This document shows positions 63,455-64,000 of a DNA stretch of 64,000 nucleotides, piece by piece. Position 1 is the stretch's first letter. Each line of letters starts with the position of its first letter. The position numbers were made by a program, and so were the translations under genes. Source of the stretch: Candidatus Hermodarchaeota archaeon (GTDB lineage Archaea; Asgardarchaeota; Hermodarchaeia; Hermodarchaeales; Hermodarchaeaceae); the NCBI GenBank assembly GCA_016839365.1, contig JAEOUH010000070.1, forward strand, positions 4,166-68,165, written 5' to 3'. The notes below the pieces were generated by a model, which was given only the letters and a program-made list of their open reading frames with translations, made no database searches and was not told where the DNA came from.

Positions 63455-64000
63455 ATGGGGAATATGAAGATACGTCTGATAACAGCCTTGCTCCTTTTTG
63501 TATGTATAGCTCTTAGCCCTCTTTCAGAAAATCCAATTACCCCTGTTCGGGCTGATGCTCCGCCCAATTCTCCTTATACAGGCAGTGGCGGAACAATCGA
63601 TGTCTTTGAATTTGCCCGAAATGATAGTAGTATTTTCACCAATGGCGTGAACAATACTTCCTTCCAATATTCATCGACGTGGTTTCCAGCAGGATATAGT
63701 GGTTATCAACTTGTCACGAGTGTGTCAAACCTTGCACGAAAAGAAGATCCTGTTCTCAACGGTGATTTTGACAAGTACGCTGAAACCTTCCACATTGATG
63801 GAAGTGAACTTAATATTGAAACGCACAATTGGACCCTCACCCGCAATGATGGACGAAATGATGCTGATGCATATCGAATCATCTCCAGCATCGATAACTC
63901 ATCAGGAGGGACTCCTGGAGATTGTATGGACATCACGTTGCGCTATGATGCGACAGGACTAACGACAGCCATCGCAAACCTTGAAAGTGAATTCAACTAT
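63455..64000 (+). CDS. partial CDS: secreted protein (signal peptide), continues off the right edge
   Basis: ATG at 63455 (or 63464): MGNMKIRLITALLLFVCIALSPLSENP... The frame stays open to position 64000 when translated by hand. It is absent from the ORF track because it has no stop. Confidence 0.55.
   Translation, partial: MGNMKIRLITALLLFVCIALSPLSENPITPVRADAPPNSPYTGSGGTIDVFEFARNDSSIFTNGVNNTSFQYSSTWFPAGYSGYQLVTSVSNLARKEDPVLNGDFDKYAETFHIDGSELNIETHNWTLTRNDGRNDADAYRIISSIDNSSGGTPGDCMDITLRYDATGLTTAIANLESEFNY

Noticed and set aside
1-64000. tRNA or rRNA genes, CRISPR arrays, transposases, integrases or prophage modules
   Set aside because: Scanning by eye found no T-loop-like GGTTCGAATCC or GTTCAAATC motif outside coding context, no regularly spaced direct-repeat array, and no ORF with DDE, tyrosine-recombinase or serine-recombinase motifs. 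This is a manual scan, so short or atypical elements could have been missed.

Overview
This is a gene-dense chromosomal segment with about 70 protein-coding genes. By eye I found no rRNA, tRNA, CRISPR array, transposase or integrase. The gene content is archaeal: FEN1 flap endonuclease, archaeal-type PGK, Lrp/AsnC and TrmB-like regulators, DUF99, TATA-like boxes and GGAGGTGA-type Shine-Dalgarno sites. Several proteins have a eukaryote-like flavour: a Rab/Ras-like small GTPase, a membrane protein with two RING/PHD-like cross-brace zinc fingers, and an FG-GAP (integrin-like) surface protein. I infer, without proof, that the source is an Asgard-type archaeon. Main blocks: (1) 12.1-24.0 kb holds one minus-strand run of 14 genes. 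It joins a soluble group 3b [NiFe]-sulfhydrogenase (beta-gamma-delta-alpha), a polyferredoxin plus HdrB-like CCG protein, and a membrane-bound group 4 (Mbh/Ech/complex-I-like) [NiFe]-hydrogenase. The NuoB-like small subunit of the group 4 enzyme carries an in-frame TGA. (2) 38.6-41.3 kb is a nadA-nadC-nadE NAD biosynthesis operon. (3) 43.9-47.8 kb is the least explained part. It contains a roughly 280 nt G+C-rich, highly structured non-coding island, three tandem paralogous 7-TM membrane proteins, and a roughly 970 nt gene-free spacer with inverted and direct repeats. (4) 48.2-51.8 kb is a four-gene cluster encoding a split PEP-utilising-type dikinase (phosphohistidine swivel domain and ATP-grasp domain as separate genes, no PEP/pyruvate TIM-barrel domain) followed by two uncharacterised proteins. 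I regard this as the best candidate for an undescribed enzymatic system. Other content includes GDH, a GltB-like FMN protein, dodecin, two ABC transporter sets (one under a PadR regulator with a clear tandem operator), M6 and M20 peptidases, two GNATs, a BNR/sialidase-like surface protein, and a tandem pair of orphan paralogs with internal repeats. All functional calls rest on motifs read from the translated ORFs and on recalled family knowledge. No database search was run.
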